Assembly: GCA_964202905.1 (NCBI GenBank)
Contig: CAXNJO010000014.1
Location: 20,844-84,843 of the forward strand
DNA: 64,000 nucleotides
Direction: 5' to 3'
DNA from: Polyangiales bacterium
Lineage (GTDB): Bacteria > Myxococcota_A > Polyangia > Polyangiales > JADJQN01
Shown here piece after piece: positions 10,459 through 22,676 of this stretch. Numbering within the stretch: the first letter of the stretch is position 1; the number at the start of each line of letters is the position of its first letter. Both the position numbers and the translations under genes were made by a program. The notes beneath the pieces were generated by a model. That model had not been told where the DNA came from. It saw only the letters and a list, made by a program, of their open reading frames with translations, and did no database searches.

Positions 10459-11772
10459 CTACGCCCGCCGACCGCGAATGCGCGGCCCCTTCGGTCCGGT
10501 CAGGCCCTCGTAATGCCGCGTGATCAGGTGCGACTCGATCTGCTGCACCGTGTCGAGCGCGACGCCCACCACGATCATGATCGAGGTGCCGCCGAAATAG
10601 AAAGGGACGTGGAAGTAGGACTGCAGCAGGGACGGCACCGTGCAGACCGCCGCGATGTAAATCGCGCCCCCGAAAGTGATCCGCGACACGCGACGGTCGA
10701 TGTACTCGGCGGTCTGCTTCCCCGGTCGAACGCCCGGGATGAAGGCATTCTGCTTCTTGAGATTGTCTGCAACCTCGACGGGCTGGAATGTCACCGCCGT
10801 GTAGAAATATGCAAAAAACACGACCAGGACCACGAACAGGACGGTATATCGCCAATCACCCGGATTGAGCACAGCTTGCAAAGCGTCCATTCCCGGGACA
10901 TTGAAGTTCGCGAGCGTGTTCGGGAACATCAAAAGCGACGAGGCGAAAATTGGAGGAATGACTCCTGCCATGTTCACCCGAAGCGGAAGGTGGGAGACCT
11001 GGCCTCCATACATCTTCCGACCGACCATCCTCTTCGCGTAGTGGATCGGAATCCGAAGTTGCCCCCGCTCGAAGAAAACGATGACGCCAATGACCGCGAG
11101 CGCGATGACCCCCACAAGCAACAGAGCGATGGGCTGAATCTGACCGATCTTGACTTGCTGGACCGTTTGGAAGAGCGCGTCCGGAAGACCGGCGACGATG
11201 CCCGCAAAGATGATCAGCGAAATTCCGTTGCCAATCCCGCGCTCGGTGATCTGCTCACCAAGCCACATGATGAATGCGGTCCCGGTGGTGAGGGATACGA
11301 CCGTCAGGAAATAGAAAGCCGGGCCGTGAAGAGTAACGACGTCGCCGTACTGAGATTCGCCGTTCAGACCCTCGAGCCACAACCCTATCCCTACCCCCTG
11401 AACGCAACTCAGGATGACCGTACCGTACCGGGTGTACTGGTTGATCTTTCGATTGCCAGCCTCGCCCTCTTTCCGCAACTCCGCCAACTGTGGAACGACG
11501 ACGCTCATCAGTTGGAGAATGATGCTTGCGGAGACGTACGGCATGATACCGAGGGCGAAGATCGACATCTGCTCAAGGGCTCCCCCTGAGAACATGTTGA
11601 ACATGCCCAGGAAGCTACCGCTGCTCGAGGAGACGATCTGCCGCATGACGTTGCGGTCAACGCCCGGGGTCGTGACGAAAATGCCTGCGCGATACACGGC
11701 AAGCAGCGCGAGCGTCCACCCGAGACGCCTCGTGAGCTCCGGAATCTTGAAAATGTTCGCGAAGGCGCTCAT
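10459..11772 (-). CDS. secY: Preprotein translocase subunit SecY
   Basis: [55 protein letters not shown]. Confidence 0.99.
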   Translation of the reverse strand: MSAFANIFKIPELTRRLGWTLALLAVYRAGIFVTTPGVDRNVMRQIVSSSSGSFLGMFNMFSGGALEQMSIFALGIMPYVSASIILQLMSVVVPQLAELRKEGEAGNRKINQYTRYGTVILSCVQGVGIGLWLEGLNGESQYGDVVTLHGPAFYFLTVVSLTTGTAFIMWLGEQITERGIGNGISLIIFAGIVAGLPDALFQTVQQVKIGQIQPIALLLVGVIALAVIGVIVFFERGQLRIPIHYAKRMVGRKMYGGQVSHLPLRVNMAGVIPPIFASSLLMFPNTLANFNVPGMDALQAVLNPGDWRYTVLFVVLVVFFAYFYTAVTFQPVEVADNLKKQNAFIPGVRPGKQTAEYIDRRVSRITFGGAIYIAAVCTVPSLLQSYFHVPFYFGGTSIMIVVGVALDTVQQIESHLITRHYEGLTGPKGPRIRGRRA

Positions 11773-11817
11773 CGAAAATCGACCTCTGGAACGAGTCGGG
11801 AGGTAAAGCGCGAAGCG

Positions 11818-12312
11818 CTACTCAGCGCGCGGGGCGAGGGCGATGACCTCAGCCTTACCGCCGGATTTCGCAATCTTGTCGAGCGCCGATTTGCTGAAGC
11901 CGTGGGCGCGAATGGTAAGAGGATGGACGAGTTCACCATCACCGAGCACCTTCACACCATCGAAACGCCCGCGGACCAGCCTCTTCTCTCGTAGGGCCGT
12001 CGCGTCCACAACCGCGCCAGGCTGGAACATGGCGAGGTCGCTGAGATTGACCGTCGCAAGCTGACGGGCAAACGGATTCCAGAAACCCACCTTCGGCAGC
12101 CTGCGCTGGAGGGGCAGCTGCCCGCCCTCGAAGGCAAGCTTCGAGAATGCGCCAGGATGCCGGGCCTTCTGTCCCTTTTGCCCCTTACCGGCAGTCTTCC
12201 CAAGACCCGAACCGGGCCCGCGTCCCTTGCGGCGCTTGGTCTTCACCGCACCAGGCGCAGGGCGCAGGCGCGACAGAATAGGAACGTAGGCCTGCGTCGT
12301 TTCGTCAGACAT
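11818..12312 (-). CDS. rplO: 50S ribosomal protein L15
   Basis: GRGPGSGLGKTAGKGQKGQKAR, FEGGQLPLQRRLPK. Confidence 0.97.
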   Translation of the reverse strand: MSDETTQAYVPILSRLRPAPGAVKTKRRKGRGPGSGLGKTAGKGQKGQKARHPGAFSKLAFEGGQLPLQRRLPKVGFWNPFARQLATVNLSDLAMFQPGAVVDATALREKRLVRGRFDGVKVLGDGELVHPLTIRAHGFSKSALDKIAKSGGKAEVIALAPRAE

Positions 12313-12508
12313 GACCGCCCCCATACCCGATGGTTTCCACCTTCACGAGATGCAGCACCTTCTTGACCATGCCGCGAAAGGACGGGGTGTTGTCCACGAC
12401 GACCGTCGAGTTCGGCCCCCGGAGCCCGAGCCCCTTCAACGTCAGGCGCTGAGAGGGAATCCGGCCAGCACCGCTGCGGACTTGGGTGACTTGAAGCTTG
12501 CTGGTCAT
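12305..12508 (-). CDS. rpmD: 50S ribosomal protein L30
   Basis: LQVTQVRS...TLKGLGLR...[14 protein letters not shown]; between rpsE and rplO. Confidence 0.95.
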   Translation of the reverse strand: MTSKLQVTQVRSGAGRIPSQRLTLKGLGLRGPNSTVVVDNTPSFRGMVKKVLHLVKVETIGYGGGHV

Positions 12509-13017
12509 GACCGACTCTCGACGATGTCTTCGACGGCACGGCCACGTCGACCGGCGACATCCGCAACCGACTCAAGGCTCTGCAGCGCCGCGACGGTGGC
12601 GTGAACGACGTTGTGTGGATTGGAGGTGCCAAGAATTTTCGAGAGCACGTCGCGGATACCGGCAGCCTCCACGACGGCGCGAACCGCACCTCCAGCGATA
12701 ACGCCCGTTCCTGCGGAGGCCGGCCGAAGGAGTACCTTACCCGCACCGAAATGACCGTCGACACGGTGCGGAATCGATGTCCCTACGAGTGGGACGCGGA
12801 AGATGTGCTTGCGCGCCTGCTCATTCCCCTTGCGGATGGCATCGGGGACCTCGTTCGCCTTGCCGAGCCCGACGCCCACGTGGCCCTTGCCGTCTCCAAC
12901 AACGACGAGCGCGCTGAAGCTGAACCGTCGGCCGCCTTTAACTACCTTGGCCACGCGATTGATGTGTACGACGCGCTCGGTGAGGTCCTCGAGCGTATTC
13001 GGATCGATGCCTGCCAT
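12505..13017 (-). CDS. rpsE: 30S ribosomal protein S5
   Basis: [35 protein letters not shown]. Confidence 0.99.
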   Translation of the reverse strand: MAGIDPNTLEDLTERVVHINRVAKVVKGGRRFSFSALVVVGDGKGHVGVGLGKANEVPDAIRKGNEQARKHIFRVPLVGTSIPHRVDGHFGAGKVLLRPASAGTGVIAGGAVRAVVEAAGIRDVLSKILGTSNPHNVVHATVAALQSLESVADVAGRRGRAVEDIVESRS

Positions 13018-13034
13018 CTTCTTGTTCCTTCCGC

Positions 13035-13397
13035 TCAGAACTCGAGGCCGGCCTCGCGGGCGGCATCAGCAAGGGCTTTAATTCGACCGTGGTAAAGGAA
13101 ACCGTTGCGGTCGAAGACGACCTTCGCGACGCCCTGAACCTTGCAGGCCGCGGCGACTGCCTTGCCAACTGCCCTCGCAGCGTCAGATTTTGTCCCCTCT
13201 GACATCCCGCCCTTCACGGCAGGCGTGAGGGTCGACATCTGAAGGAGCGTCGTCCCGGCTGCGTCGTCCACGAGCTGCGCATAGATATGCTTGGTGCTGC
13301 GGAAGACGCTGAGTCGAGGACGCTCCGCAGTGCCGGACATCTTCTTGCGGATACGCAGCTTCCGCTTTTGCCGCGATTCAATCTTGTCGTGCGCCAT
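13035..13397 (-). CDS. rplR: 50S ribosomal protein L18
   Basis: [37 protein letters not shown]. Confidence 0.98.
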   Translation of the reverse strand: MAHDKIESRQKRKLRIRKKMSGTAERPRLSVFRSTKHIYAQLVDDAAGTTLLQMSTLTPAVKGGMSEGTKSDAARAVGKAVAAACKVQGVAKVVFDRNGFLYHGRIKALADAAREAGLEF

Positions 13398-13487
13398 GTT
13401 CTCTCATCCTCCGCGCCACCCACCGGCTGGGTACGGCAAGCGATCCCGCGCGCTAGGGACTGGACACCACTCGGGCGACCGTCCGTT

Positions 13488-14102
13488 CTACTTCTTGCCG
13501 CCCTTGCCACCCGCTTTGCCCGCCTTCATCCGGACCTTCTCGCCGGTGAAGCGGACGCCCTTACCCTTGTAGGGCTCCGGCGGACGGAAGCTGCGAATTT
13601 TTGCGGCGATTTGACCGAGGAGTTCCTTGTCGTGGGACTCTAGGTGGAGGCGCGGCTTCTTCGTCCCGCCCTCGTCGATGGTTTCGACGCGTGCCTTGAC
13701 ATCAGCCGGCAGAACCAAATTCACCGGATGCGACAAGCCAAGTGCCAGGGTGAGGGCCTGACCCTTGAGCTCCGCTCGATAGCCGACGCCGACCAAATCG
13801 AGGGATACCGCGTACCCCTTCGACACGCCGTGAACCATGTTCTTCAGCAGCGCCCAGGTCAGCCCTTGGAGACGTGGCCCCTCCAGCGGTGCACTTGCCA
13901 GTACCTTGACGACCAGCGCACCGTTCTCAAGCGAAATTCCCACCTTGTCGGAGAACGAGCGCTCGCTCGAACCCTTAGGGCCCTTCACGGAGACGGAGGA
14001 ACCACTCACAGTCGCTGTGACACCGGCCGGAACGACAATCGGACGCTTCCCGATACGCGACTGCCGCTGAGCCGCCGGGGTCTCCAGTGAGGCGCTCATC
14101 AC
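13488..14102 (-). CDS. rplF: 50S ribosomal protein L6
   Basis: SRIGKRPI, GVGYRA, RPPEPYKGKGVR. Confidence 0.97.
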   Translation of the reverse strand: MMSASLETPAAQRQSRIGKRPIVVPAGVTATVSGSSVSVKGPKGSSERSFSDKVGISLENGALVVKVLASAPLEGPRLQGLTWALLKNMVHGVSKGYAVSLDLVGVGYRAELKGQALTLALGLSHPVNLVLPADVKARVETIDEGGTKKPRLHLESHDKELLGQIAAKIRSFRPPEPYKGKGVRFTGEKVRMKAGKAGGKGGKK

Positions 14103-14491
14103 CAGACCTCGCAGAGAAGTTCGCCGCCCACTTTGGCGTGGCGTGCCTGTCTGTCCGTCATCACGCCCCGCGATGTCGACAGAATTGAGACTCCCATGCC
14201 GTTGTAGACGACTGGGATCCCATCGTAACTGACGTAGACGCGACGACCAGGCCGGCTGGTACGCCGAATCCCCGAGATCGCGCTCGTACGGTCGCGGCCG
14301 TACTTCAGGACGAGCGTCAATTTCCCGAAGTCCTCGTCCGAGACACGGACATCGGAAATGTAGCCTTCCTGTTTGAGCAACTCGGCCACGCTCTTCTTGA
14401 GCTTCGAGAGCGGCATTTCGGTCCGGTCGAGGCGCGCCAAAGACGCATTCCGAATCCGGGAAAGCATGTCGGCGATCGGATCAGTCATCAT
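14099..14491 (-). CDS. rpsH: 30S ribosomal protein S8
   Basis: [32 protein letters not shown]. Confidence 0.98.
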   Translation of the reverse strand: MMTDPIADMLSRIRNASLARLDRTEMPLSKLKKSVAELLKQEGYISDVRVSDEDFGKLTLVLKYGRDRTSAISGIRRTSRPGRRVYVSYDGIPVVYNGMGVSILSTSRGVMTDRQARHAKVGGELLCEVW

Positions 14492-14503
14492 GACGAATGC
14501 CCC

Positions 14504-14689
14504 TCACCAGCTCGACTTGGTGACGCCCGGGACATCGCCCCGAAGCGCGAACTTGCGCAGGCAGAGCCTGCAGAGTTGGAACTTGCGGTAGAAGCCCCGG
14601 GGCCGCCCGCACACCTTGCACCGGTTCCTAACCCGCACCTGGAACTTCGGCGTCTTCTCCATCTTCGCGAACGCTTGCAGACGAGCCAT
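14504..14689 (-). CDS. rpsN: 30S ribosomal protein S14, type Z (Zn-binding)
   Basis: 61 aa; [10 protein letters not shown]...LCRLCLR...PGVTKSSW. Confidence 0.97.
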   Translation of the reverse strand: MARLQAFAKMEKTPKFQVRVRNRCKVCGRPRGFYRKFQLCRLCLRKFALRGDVPGVTKSSW

Positions 14690-14692
14690 GGC

Positions 14693-15259
14693 TTAAGTCT
14701 CCGGCTGCGACTTGCGGAAGGGAAGGCCGAGATGCGCGAGAAGCGCCCGGCCATGGTCGTCCGACGCAGCAGTCGTGACGAAAGAAATGTTCATCCCCTT
14801 GATCTTGTCGATCTTGTCGTAGTCGATCTCGGGGAAAATAATCTGCTCGCGGATACCGAGCGAGTAGTTCCCCCGCCCATCAAAGGACTTCGACGAGATT
14901 CCCTTGAAGTCACGGACTCGGGGAAGCCCGAAGCTGACAAGACGGTCAACGAAGTCCCACATGCGATCGCGGCGCAACGTCACCATGACGCCGATGGGCA
15001 TGTTCTCACGAAGCTTGAAGGTCGCGATGGACTTCTTGGCCCGTGTAATCACCGGCTTCTGCCCCGAGAGGGCCGCCATCTCGACGACAGCGCTGTCGAT
15101 GATCTTCGCGTTTTGAACCGCGTCCCCAAGTCCCATGTTCAACACCACCTTCTGTAGGCGGGGAACCTGCATGGGGTTCGTGAGAGCCAGTTCTTTCATC
15201 AGCGCCGGCACAACCTGTGTCCGGTAGCGGGTCTGCAAACGTGAAACGTACTCACCCAT
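14693..15259 (-). CDS. rplE: 50S ribosomal protein L5
   Basis: [41 protein letters not shown] 8 nt before ATG 15259. Confidence 0.97.
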   Translation of the reverse strand: MGEYVSRLQTRYRTQVVPALMKELALTNPMQVPRLQKVVLNMGLGDAVQNAKIIDSAVVEMAALSGQKPVITRAKKSIATFKLRENMPIGVMVTLRRDRMWDFVDRLVSFGLPRVRDFKGISSKSFDGRGNYSLGIREQIIFPEIDYDKIDKIKGMNISFVTTAASDDHGRALLAHLGLPFRKSQPET

Positions 15260-15407
15260 GGTCATCGCCTCTTTGGCCTGTAAGGCACCTGCCACCAGGG
15301 TTCCTCGCCGGAGGGTACCCCGCCTGCTGCCCGCTCAGCCCGTTCGCTTTCGAGTTGGACCAGACCGAATCTGGCCTTCGCTGTTGGCCTCGGTGAGGCC
15401 GCTATCG

Positions 15408-15728
15408 TCAGCCGTCGAGAAGCGTCCCCGACTTCACGCCAATGCGAACCTTCTTGCCGTCCTTGTCGAGCCCCGTCTTCACACGAGTCGGCTTGTCGGT
15501 CTTAGTGTCGAGGAGCATGACCTTGGAGGCGTCGAGCGCGGCCTCTTTCTCGATGATCCCGCCCTCGCGATTCTTCGGGGTCGGCTTCGTGTGGCGCTTG
15601 ACCTTGTTCACGCCCTCCACGACGACCTTGCCGGCCTCGGGCAGGACGCGCAACACGCGCCCCCGCTCACCCTTGCTCTTCCCGGAGATGACGACGACCA
15701 AGTCGTCCTTCTTGATCCGCAGGGACAT
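15408..15728 (-). CDS. rplX: 50S ribosomal protein L24
   Basis: IKKDDLVVVISGKSKG KOW motif, GGIIEKEA. Confidence 0.98.
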   Translation of the reverse strand: MSLRIKKDDLVVVISGKSKGERGRVLRVLPEAGKVVVEGVNKVKRHTKPTPKNREGGIIEKEAALDASKVMLLDTKTDKPTRVKTGLDKDGKKVRIGVKSGTLLDG

Positions 15729-16096
15729 CAGACGACCTCTGGAGCAAGCGAGATGATCTTCATGAACTTCTTGCCGCGGAGTTCACGCGCCACTGGCCCG
15801 AAAATGCGAGTCCCAATCGGCTCCGACTGCGCGTTCACCAACACGACGCTGTTCGCGTCGAACTTGATGTAGCTTCCGTCGGGGCGGAGATACTCGCGCC
15901 TCGTCCGCACCACGACAGCCTTGGCGACTTCGCCCTTCTTCACCTTGGCCGTCGGAAGAGCCTCTTTGACGGCGACGACGATGACGTCCCCAAGCCCCGC
16001 GTAACGGCGGCGAGAGCCACCGAGGACCTTGATGCACATCACTCGCTTGGCGCCACTGTTGTCAGCGACGTCGAGTTCGGTCTCTGTCTGGATCAC
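15728..16096 (-). CDS. rplN: 50S ribosomal protein L14
   Basis: [40 protein letters not shown]. Confidence 0.99.
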   Translation of the reverse strand: MIQTETELDVADNSGAKRVMCIKVLGGSRRRYAGLGDVIVVAVKEALPTAKVKKGEVAKAVVVRTRREYLRPDGSYIKFDANSVVLVNAQSEPIGTRIFGPVARELRGKKFMKIISLAPEVV

Positions 16097-16097
16097 G

Positions 16098-16412
16098 TCA
16101 GACCTCCTCGGGACGTTCGACGAGACGGATGGCTACCCACCGCTTCGTGCGCGAAAGCGGGCGCGACTCCCGGATCTCCACGACATCGCGCGTCTTGTAT
16201 TCGTTCTTCTCGTCGTGCGCGTGATACTTCGCGCGACGCTTCACGTACTTGCCGTAGACGGGGTCTCGGTAACGCCGGACGACCTCCACGACGATCGTCT
16301 TCTGCGTGCGGCCGGGCGACTCGGTGTCGTTGACCACGCGGCCTACCAACAAGCGCCGAGCGCCACGCTCGACCGCCTCGGAGTTAACCGGGCTCTTCGG
16401 GGTAGTCGCCAT
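16098..16412 (-). CDS. rpsQ: 30S ribosomal protein S17
   Basis: [27 protein letters not shown]. Confidence 0.96.
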   Translation of the reverse strand: MATTPKSPVNSEAVERGARRLLVGRVVNDTESPGRTQKTIVVEVVRRYRDPVYGKYVKRRAKYHAHDEKNEYKTRDVVEIRESRPLSRTKRWVAIRLVERPEEV

Positions 16413-16414
16413 GG

Positions 16415-16612
16415 TCAGACCTTCTCCGTCGCGCGTTGCGTTAGCACAGTCTTCACGCGTGCGACATCACGGCGCAGTCGACTTACCTTCCCGGTGTCGT
16501 CGAGCTGGTTGGTGTGGTTGTCGAAGCGGGACTTCCACAGCTGACGCGCGAGATCCTTCTCGAGCTCACGCAGGTCCTCCGTCGTCCGCTCACGAATTTC
16601 CGACGGCTTCAT
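16415..16612 (-). CDS. rpmC: 50S ribosomal protein L29
   Basis: MKPSEIRE...[12 protein letters not shown]; position between rplP and rpsQ. Confidence 0.95.
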   Translation of the reverse strand: MKPSEIRERTTEDLRELEKDLARQLWKSRFDNHTNQLDDTGKVSRLRRDVARVKTVLTQRATEKV

Positions 16613-17025
16613 AGTTCGTTACTCCGCGACATGAACTTGGCGGCAACCGGCAGCTTGTGGCCAGCGAGGCGGAACGCTTCGCGAGCAGTCTCCTCAGAGA
16701 CCCCCTGGATCTCGAACATCACGCGACCAGGGAGGATGACCGCGACGTAACCCTCGACGGCTCCCTTGCCGGAGCCCATTCGCGTCTCGAGTGGCTTCTT
16801 CGTAATCGGCTTGTCGGGGAAAATACGAATGAAGAGCTTGCCCGCACGCTTCACATGGCGCTGGATTGCCATGCGAGCGGCCTCGATCTGTCTCGAGGTG
16901 ACCCAACCGGGCTCCAGAGCTTGAAGGGCGAAGTCTCCGAAGGAGATGTCTGACCCGCGCATTGCGATGCCGGACGTGCGGCCCTTCATCGCCTTGCGGT
17001 ATTTGGTGCGCTTGGGCTGCAGCAT
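16609..17025 (-). CDS. rplP: 50S ribosomal protein L16
   Basis: [31 protein letters not shown]. Confidence 0.99.
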   Translation of the reverse strand: MLQPKRTKYRKAMKGRTSGIAMRGSDISFGDFALQALEPGWVTSRQIEAARMAIQRHVKRAGKLFIRIFPDKPITKKPLETRMGSGKGAVEGYVAVILPGRVMFEIQGVSEETAREAFRLAGHKLPVAAKFMSRSNEL

Positions 17026-17028
17026 GAC

Positions 17029-17697
17029 TCAGCTCCTCGAAGACTGGACGGACCCGGCGCGCCGACGGCGCTGGGGGAGAATCTCGCCCTTGAAGATCCA
17101 GCACTTGACACCGATGGTCCCGTACGTGGTCTTCGCGGTCGCCGTTCCGAATTCAATGTCGGCGCGAAGCGTGTGGAGCGGAACGCGGCCCTCCCGGTAG
17201 CCCTCGTGCCGCGCGATCTCAGCTCCGCCAAGCCGCCCACCCGCGAAAACGCGGATGCCCTTGGCCCCGAACTTCATCGCCGTCTGAACGGCCTTCTTCA
17301 TCGCACGTCGGAACGCCACACGACGCTCGAGCTGGGTCGCGATATTCTCTGCGACGAGCTGGGCATTGGTCTCCGCCTTGCGAACCTCTTGAATGTCGAT
17401 GAACAGCTCGTTGCTGGTGAGCTTCTGGAGCTCCGCCTTGAGCTGCTCGACTCCCGCGCCGCGCTTGCCGATCACGATGCCGGGACGCGATGTGGAGATC
17501 ACCACCTTCGCCTTGTTGGCTGCGCGCTCGATCTCCACTCCGGCAATGCCAGCGTGCGCGAACTTCGTCCGAATGGCCTCCTTCAGCCGGAGGTCTTCAT
17601 GGAGCCAGCGCGAATACTGCTTGTCCTCGTACCACTTCGACGTCCACGTCTTGATGACGCCCAGTCGGAAGCCATACGGATGAGTCTTCTGTCCCAT
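17029..17697 (-). CDS. rpsC: 30S ribosomal protein S3
   Basis: [35 protein letters not shown]. Confidence 0.99.
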   Translation of the reverse strand: MGQKTHPYGFRLGVIKTWTSKWYEDKQYSRWLHEDLRLKEAIRTKFAHAGIAGVEIERAANKAKVVISTSRPGIVIGKRGAGVEQLKAELQKLTSNELFIDIQEVRKAETNAQLVAENIATQLERRVAFRRAMKKAVQTAMKFGAKGIRVFAGGRLGGAEIARHEGYREGRVPLHTLRADIEFGTATAKTTYGTIGVKCWIFKGEILPQRRRRAGSVQSSRS

Positions 17698-17701
17698 GGT
17701 C

Positions 17702-18052
17702 TCAGGCCTCTGCTCGGTCGGCGACGACGAGGGTGATGTGGCTGACGCCCTTTTGGATCTGGGTGGCGCGGCCCATGGCGCGGGGGCGCCAGCGTCGCAT
17801 CGTCCCGTTCGGAGCCTTGTCCGCGAAGATCGTCTTCACGAACAAGGTGTCGAGATCGAGGTTCTCGTTCTTCTCACGGGCGTTGGCGATGGCGCTGTCG
17901 AGCAGCTTTGCCATGAGACCCGCGGCCGCCTTGCGCGTGAACTTGAGCTCGTTCACCGCCTGAACGACATTCTTGCCGCGCACGAGATTCGCAATTGTCC
18001 GCGCCTTACGCGGCGAAATACGTGCGAAACGTGCGATTGCCTTGGCTTCCAT
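17702..18052 (-). CDS. rplV: 50S ribosomal protein L22
   Basis: [38 protein letters not shown]. Confidence 0.98.
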   Translation of the reverse strand: MEAKAIARFARISPRKARTIANLVRGKNVVQAVNELKFTRKAAAGLMAKLLDSAIANAREKNENLDLDTLFVKTIFADKAPNGTMRRWRPRAMGRATQIQKGVSHITLVVADRAEA

Positions 18053-18118
18053 GATGCTCACGCTGCCTGCCTCGGCGACTCGGCGAGGCGAAAAAGGCCC
18101 TTCGAGAAAGGGGCGCGC

Positions 18119-18147
18119 GATCTAGCACGCGCCCCGATGATGCTCAA
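18119..18147 (-). promoter_or_regulatory. Putative internal sigma70 promoter upstream of rplV
   Basis: TTGAGC-17 nt-TAGATC with extended TG, in a 120-bp rpsS-rplV spacer. Confidence 0.5.
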
Positions 18148-18172
18148 GTTGGATCCGCGCGATCGACAACGA

Positions 18173-18475
18173 TCAGCGCTTGCCGGTGGTCGAGTTGACC
18201 TTTTTGCCGGCTTTCTTGTCCGCCGCGTGACCGTGGAAGGTGCGCGTCGGAGCGAACTCGCCGAGCTTGTGCCCGACCATGTTCTCCGTGACGAAAACCG
18301 TCACGAACTTGCGGCCGTTGTGGACCGCGAACGTGAGCCCGATAAAGTCCGGGGTCACGGTGGAACGGCGCGACCAGGTCTTCAGGACCTTGCGGTCTTT
18401 GGTCCGGACGGCGTCATCCACCTTCTTCGCGAGGTGGGCATCGACGAACGGGCCCTTCTTGATAGAACGTGCCAT
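18173..18475 (-). CDS. rpsS: 30S ribosomal protein S19
   Basis: [34 protein letters not shown]. Confidence 0.99.
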   Translation of the reverse strand: MARSIKKGPFVDAHLAKKVDDAVRTKDRKVLKTWSRRSTVTPDFIGLTFAVHNGRKFVTVFVTENMVGHKLGEFAPTRTFHGHAADKKAGKKVNSTTGKR

Positions 18476-18514
18476 CTCAGAACCCTCTCCGGAGAATACG
18501 TACGCTGACCATGG

Positions 18515-19342
18515 TCACTTCTTGCCGCGCGGTTTGACGATGAATTTGCTCGTCGTCTTGTTGGTGCGGGTCTTGAGGCCCTTGGAGAGCTGACCCCACG
18601 GCGAACACGGGTGGCGACCACCAGAGGTGCGGCCCTCGCCGCCGCCCATCGGGTGGTCGACGGGGTTCATGGAGACGCCGCGGTTGTGAGGCCGACGGCC
18701 CAACCAGCGCGAGCGACCGGCCTTGCCGAGGCTGACCCGAGCGTGTTCGATGTTCGAGACCTGACCGATGGACGCCCGGCAATTCAGGTGCACCATTCGC
18801 ACTTCGCCCGACGGGAGGCGGAGCTGAGCGTACTCCCCATCCTTGGCCATCAGCTGCGCGGCGGTGCCGGCCGAGCGGACCAACTGCGCGCCCTTCCCGA
18901 TCTTGAGCTCGACGGCATGCACCATCGTGCCGAGCGGGATGTAGCGAAGCGGCATCGCGTTGCCGGGCTTGATGTCGGCATTCCTCGAGGAGACGACGGT
19001 GTCACCGGCCTTCAACCCATCGGGTGCCAGGACGTAGGCTTTTGTCCCGTCGACGTAGTGAAGCAATGCGATGCGGGCCGACCGGCATGGATCATACTGG
19101 ATCGAGTCCACCGCCGCCGGAATTCCGATGCGGTTGCGCTTGAAGTCGATGACGCGATAACGTTGCTTGTGACCGCCCCCGCGAAAACGGGAGGTGATGA
19201 GTCCGCGGCTATTGCGGCCCGCGCTGACCTTCAGCGCCTCTGTGAGACGCTTCTCCGGGGCCTTCTTGGCAAGGTCGGAGAAATCAGCGTTCTCGTAGTA
19301 CCGGCGTGCCGGTGAGGTGGGCTTGAATTTCTTGACAGCCAT
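18515..19342 (-). CDS. rplB: 50S ribosomal protein L2
   Basis: [28 protein letters not shown]. Confidence 0.99.
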   Translation of the reverse strand: MAVKKFKPTSPARRYYENADFSDLAKKAPEKRLTEALKVSAGRNSRGLITSRFRGGGHKQRYRVIDFKRNRIGIPAAVDSIQYDPCRSARIALLHYVDGTKAYVLAPDGLKAGDTVVSSRNADIKPGNAMPLRYIPLGTMVHAVELKIGKGAQLVRSAGTAAQLMAKDGEYAQLRLPSGEVRMVHLNCRASIGQVSNIEHARVSLGKAGRSRWLGRRPHNRGVSMNPVDHPMGGGEGRTSGGRHPCSPWGQLSKGLKTRTNKTTSKFIVKPRGKK

Positions 19343-19345
19343 GGC

Positions 19346-19636
19346 TCAGGCTCCCTCGAAGAACTCGATCTTGTCGCCCGACTTGAGCTCCACGATCGCC
19401 TTCTTCCAGTTCTGGGTCTTCGCGTGCCCGCGACCCATACGACGCATGCGTCCCCGCACGATCATCGTGTGAACCTCGACCACGCCGACGCTGAAGAGAA
19501 CCTCCACAGCGTGCTTGATTTCGACTTTGTTTGCGCGGCGGTCCACCTCGAAGAGGTACTTGTTGTCCTGCTCGCGCAGGACGTTCCCCTTCTCGGTGAG
19601 GACCAGCGGACGCTTGATGACCTGTTCGGGGCTCAT
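19346..19636 (-). CDS. rplW: 50S ribosomal protein L23
   Basis: LTEKG, ANKVEIKHAVE, WKKAIV. Confidence 0.97.
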   Translation of the reverse strand: MSPEQVIKRPLVLTEKGNVLREQDNKYLFEVDRRANKVEIKHAVEVLFSVGVVEVHTMIVRGRMRRMGRGHAKTQNWKKAIVELKSGDKIEFFEGA

Positions 19637-19685
19637 GACGATTTCCTGGTCATTCGGGCTACTGACGGGCTACGGGTCGAACTGC

Positions 19686-20318
19686 TCAGGCGGACTTCTG
19701 GATACGCTCGACGAGCGCATCGACAGCGTGCTTCGTAAGCACAAGATGCTCATGCCGGAGGAGATCGTAGAGGTTCACACCCTCGGGCGGCAGGAACTGG
19801 TGAGTGTCGAGGTTGCGGGCCGAGAGCCGTAGCTTCTCGTTGTCCTTCTGATCGACGATCAGGGAGCCTTTCGCGACCTTCAGCGCCGCGAGCACGGCGG
19901 CGAGTGACTTGGTCTTCGCCTCGTCGAGGGCGAACGTGTCCACCACGGTCAGCCGCCCCTCCTTGAGCTTGAGAGAGAGCGCGCTTCGGAGAGCGCCCGC
20001 GCGCATCTTCGCGGGCGGACGGTACGCATAGCTGCGCGGCTTGGGACCGTGCTGCTGGCCGCCTCCGACGAAGTTGGGCGCGCGGATGGATCCGTGACGC
20101 CCCTGGCCGGTGCCCTTCTGCTTGTAGATCTTCTTCGACGAACCGGCGACCTCAGAGCGGGTCTTCGTGTTCGCCGAGCCACTGCGCCGGGAGGCCAGTT
20201 GCGCCTTGAGCACCTCGTAAAGGAGCGGCTCGTTCACGTCGGCACCGAAGACGTCGTCGACAAGGTCGATTTCGCCAACGCTTTCCGCGCGGAGATTGAA
20301 GACTTTCACTTTCGCCAT
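19686..20318 (-). CDS. rplD: 50S ribosomal protein L4
   Basis: [27 protein letters not shown]. Confidence 0.98.
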   Translation of the reverse strand: MAKVKVFNLRAESVGEIDLVDDVFGADVNEPLLYEVLKAQLASRRSGSANTKTRSEVAGSSKKIYKQKGTGQGRHGSIRAPNFVGGGQQHGPKPRSYAYRPPAKMRAGALRSALSLKLKEGRLTVVDTFALDEAKTKSLAAVLAALKVAKGSLIVDQKDNEKLRLSARNLDTHQFLPPEGVNLYDLLRHEHLVLTKHAVDALVERIQKSA

Positions 20319-20329
20319 GACCCGTCTCC

Positions 20330-20635
20330 TCAGCTCTTGATCTCGACGTCGACGCCAGCCGACAGGTCGAGTTTCATGAGCGCGTCGAGCGTCTGTTGCG
20401 TAGGGTCGAGGATGTCGAGGAGACGCTTGTGGGTCCGGATTTCGAACTGCTCGCGGCTCTTCTTGTCGACGTGGGGACCACGCAGCACGGTGTACTTGTT
20501 GATACGGGTCGGGAGGGGAATCGGGCCAGCCACGCGCGCGCCGGTGCGCTTCGCGGTGTCGACGATCTCCGAGGCCGACTGGTCGAGCAGGCGGTGGTCG
20601 TAAGCCTTGAGGCGGATGCGGATTTTGGTGGTCAT
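20330..20635 (-). CDS. rpsJ: 30S ribosomal protein S10
   Basis: [41 protein letters not shown]. Confidence 0.99.
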   Translation of the reverse strand: MTTKIRIRLKAYDHRLLDQSASEIVDTAKRTGARVAGPIPLPTRINKYTVLRGPHVDKKSREQFEIRTHKRLLDILDPTQQTLDALMKLDLSAGVDVEIKS

Positions 20636-20647
20636 CTCAGGCTCCGC

Positions 20648-21838
<1,191 letters not shown>

Positions 21839-21951
21839 GTGTCGGGTCTCCGGAGTTCCGAGGAGTTACGCGGACTGGGAAGTGAGGGCGGGCATCGGCG
21901 CGGCGGGCGGAGCGAGGATGGGCAGTGCGGTGATTGGCTGGCGCCGGACGC

Positions 21952-22015
21952 AAGAAAACCCCCTCCGGCCACCCTGCCGATCACTTTCGGATCGTGCATC
22001 TCCCGGAGAGGGTTT
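21952..22015 (-). terminator. Long hairpin with GAAA loop and U-tract between rpsG and tuf (terminator/attenuator-like)
   Basis: Minus strand AAACCCTCTCCGG...GATCCGAAAGTGATC...CCGGAGGGGGTTTTCTT. Confidence 0.5.
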
Positions 22016-22196
22016 CGAGAACAGCTTCGCTCCTTCCCGCGCACCGGCTATGGCCGGAACGCTGTTCGGGGATGGAGGTCGAGGGGCTGGGCTCGTTTAT
22101 GTGCGCGTCGTCATGCCTGGGGTTCAGCGCTCCGACCGGAGGGTATCGTCCACAGGACGACCGCACCGGATGCCTTGATCGAAGTGGAGAGGACGG

Positions 22197-22667
22197 TTAC
22201 CAGCGATAGTGCGCGAAAGCCTTGTTGGCCTCAGCCATCTTGTGAACGTCTTCGCGCTTCTTGACCGAGTTTCCCCGGTTCTGCGCGGCGTCCACGAGTT
22301 CGGCGGCGAGGCGCTCCGTCATGGTCTTTTCGCCACGCTCTCGCGAGTAGGCGGTGAGCCAGCGCATCGACAGGGCGACACGGCGCTCGGGGCGGACCTC
22401 GACGGGCACCTGGTAGGTCGCGCCACCGACGCGGCGACTCTTGACCTCGACCTTCGGCTTGACCGAGTCGAGTGCCTTGCGGAAGACCTCGATCGGATCC
22501 TCCTTGTAGCGGGCGGCGATGATGTCGAATGCTCCGTACAAAATCTGCTCCGCGGTGGACTTCTTGCCGCCGAGCATGAGGATGTTGCAGAACTTCGCGA
22601 CCATCCGGTCCCGGTACTTCGGGTCTGGGAGGATCTTGCGCTTCGGGACTTCGCGACGACGCGGCAT
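22197..22667 (-). CDS. rpsG: 30S ribosomal protein S7
   Basis: [38 protein letters not shown]. Confidence 0.99.
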   Translation of the reverse strand: MPRRREVPKRKILPDPKYRDRMVAKFCNILMLGGKKSTAEQILYGAFDIIAARYKEDPIEVFRKALDSVKPKVEVKSRRVGGATYQVPVEVRPERRVALSMRWLTAYSRERGEKTMTERLAAELVDAAQNRGNSVKKREDVHKMAEANKAFAHYRW

Positions 22668-22676
22668 CTTCTCAGC

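Noticed and set aside
21839..22196. tRNA genes upstream of tuf
   Set aside because: No cloverleaf with T-loop GTTCRA and acceptor stem recognised
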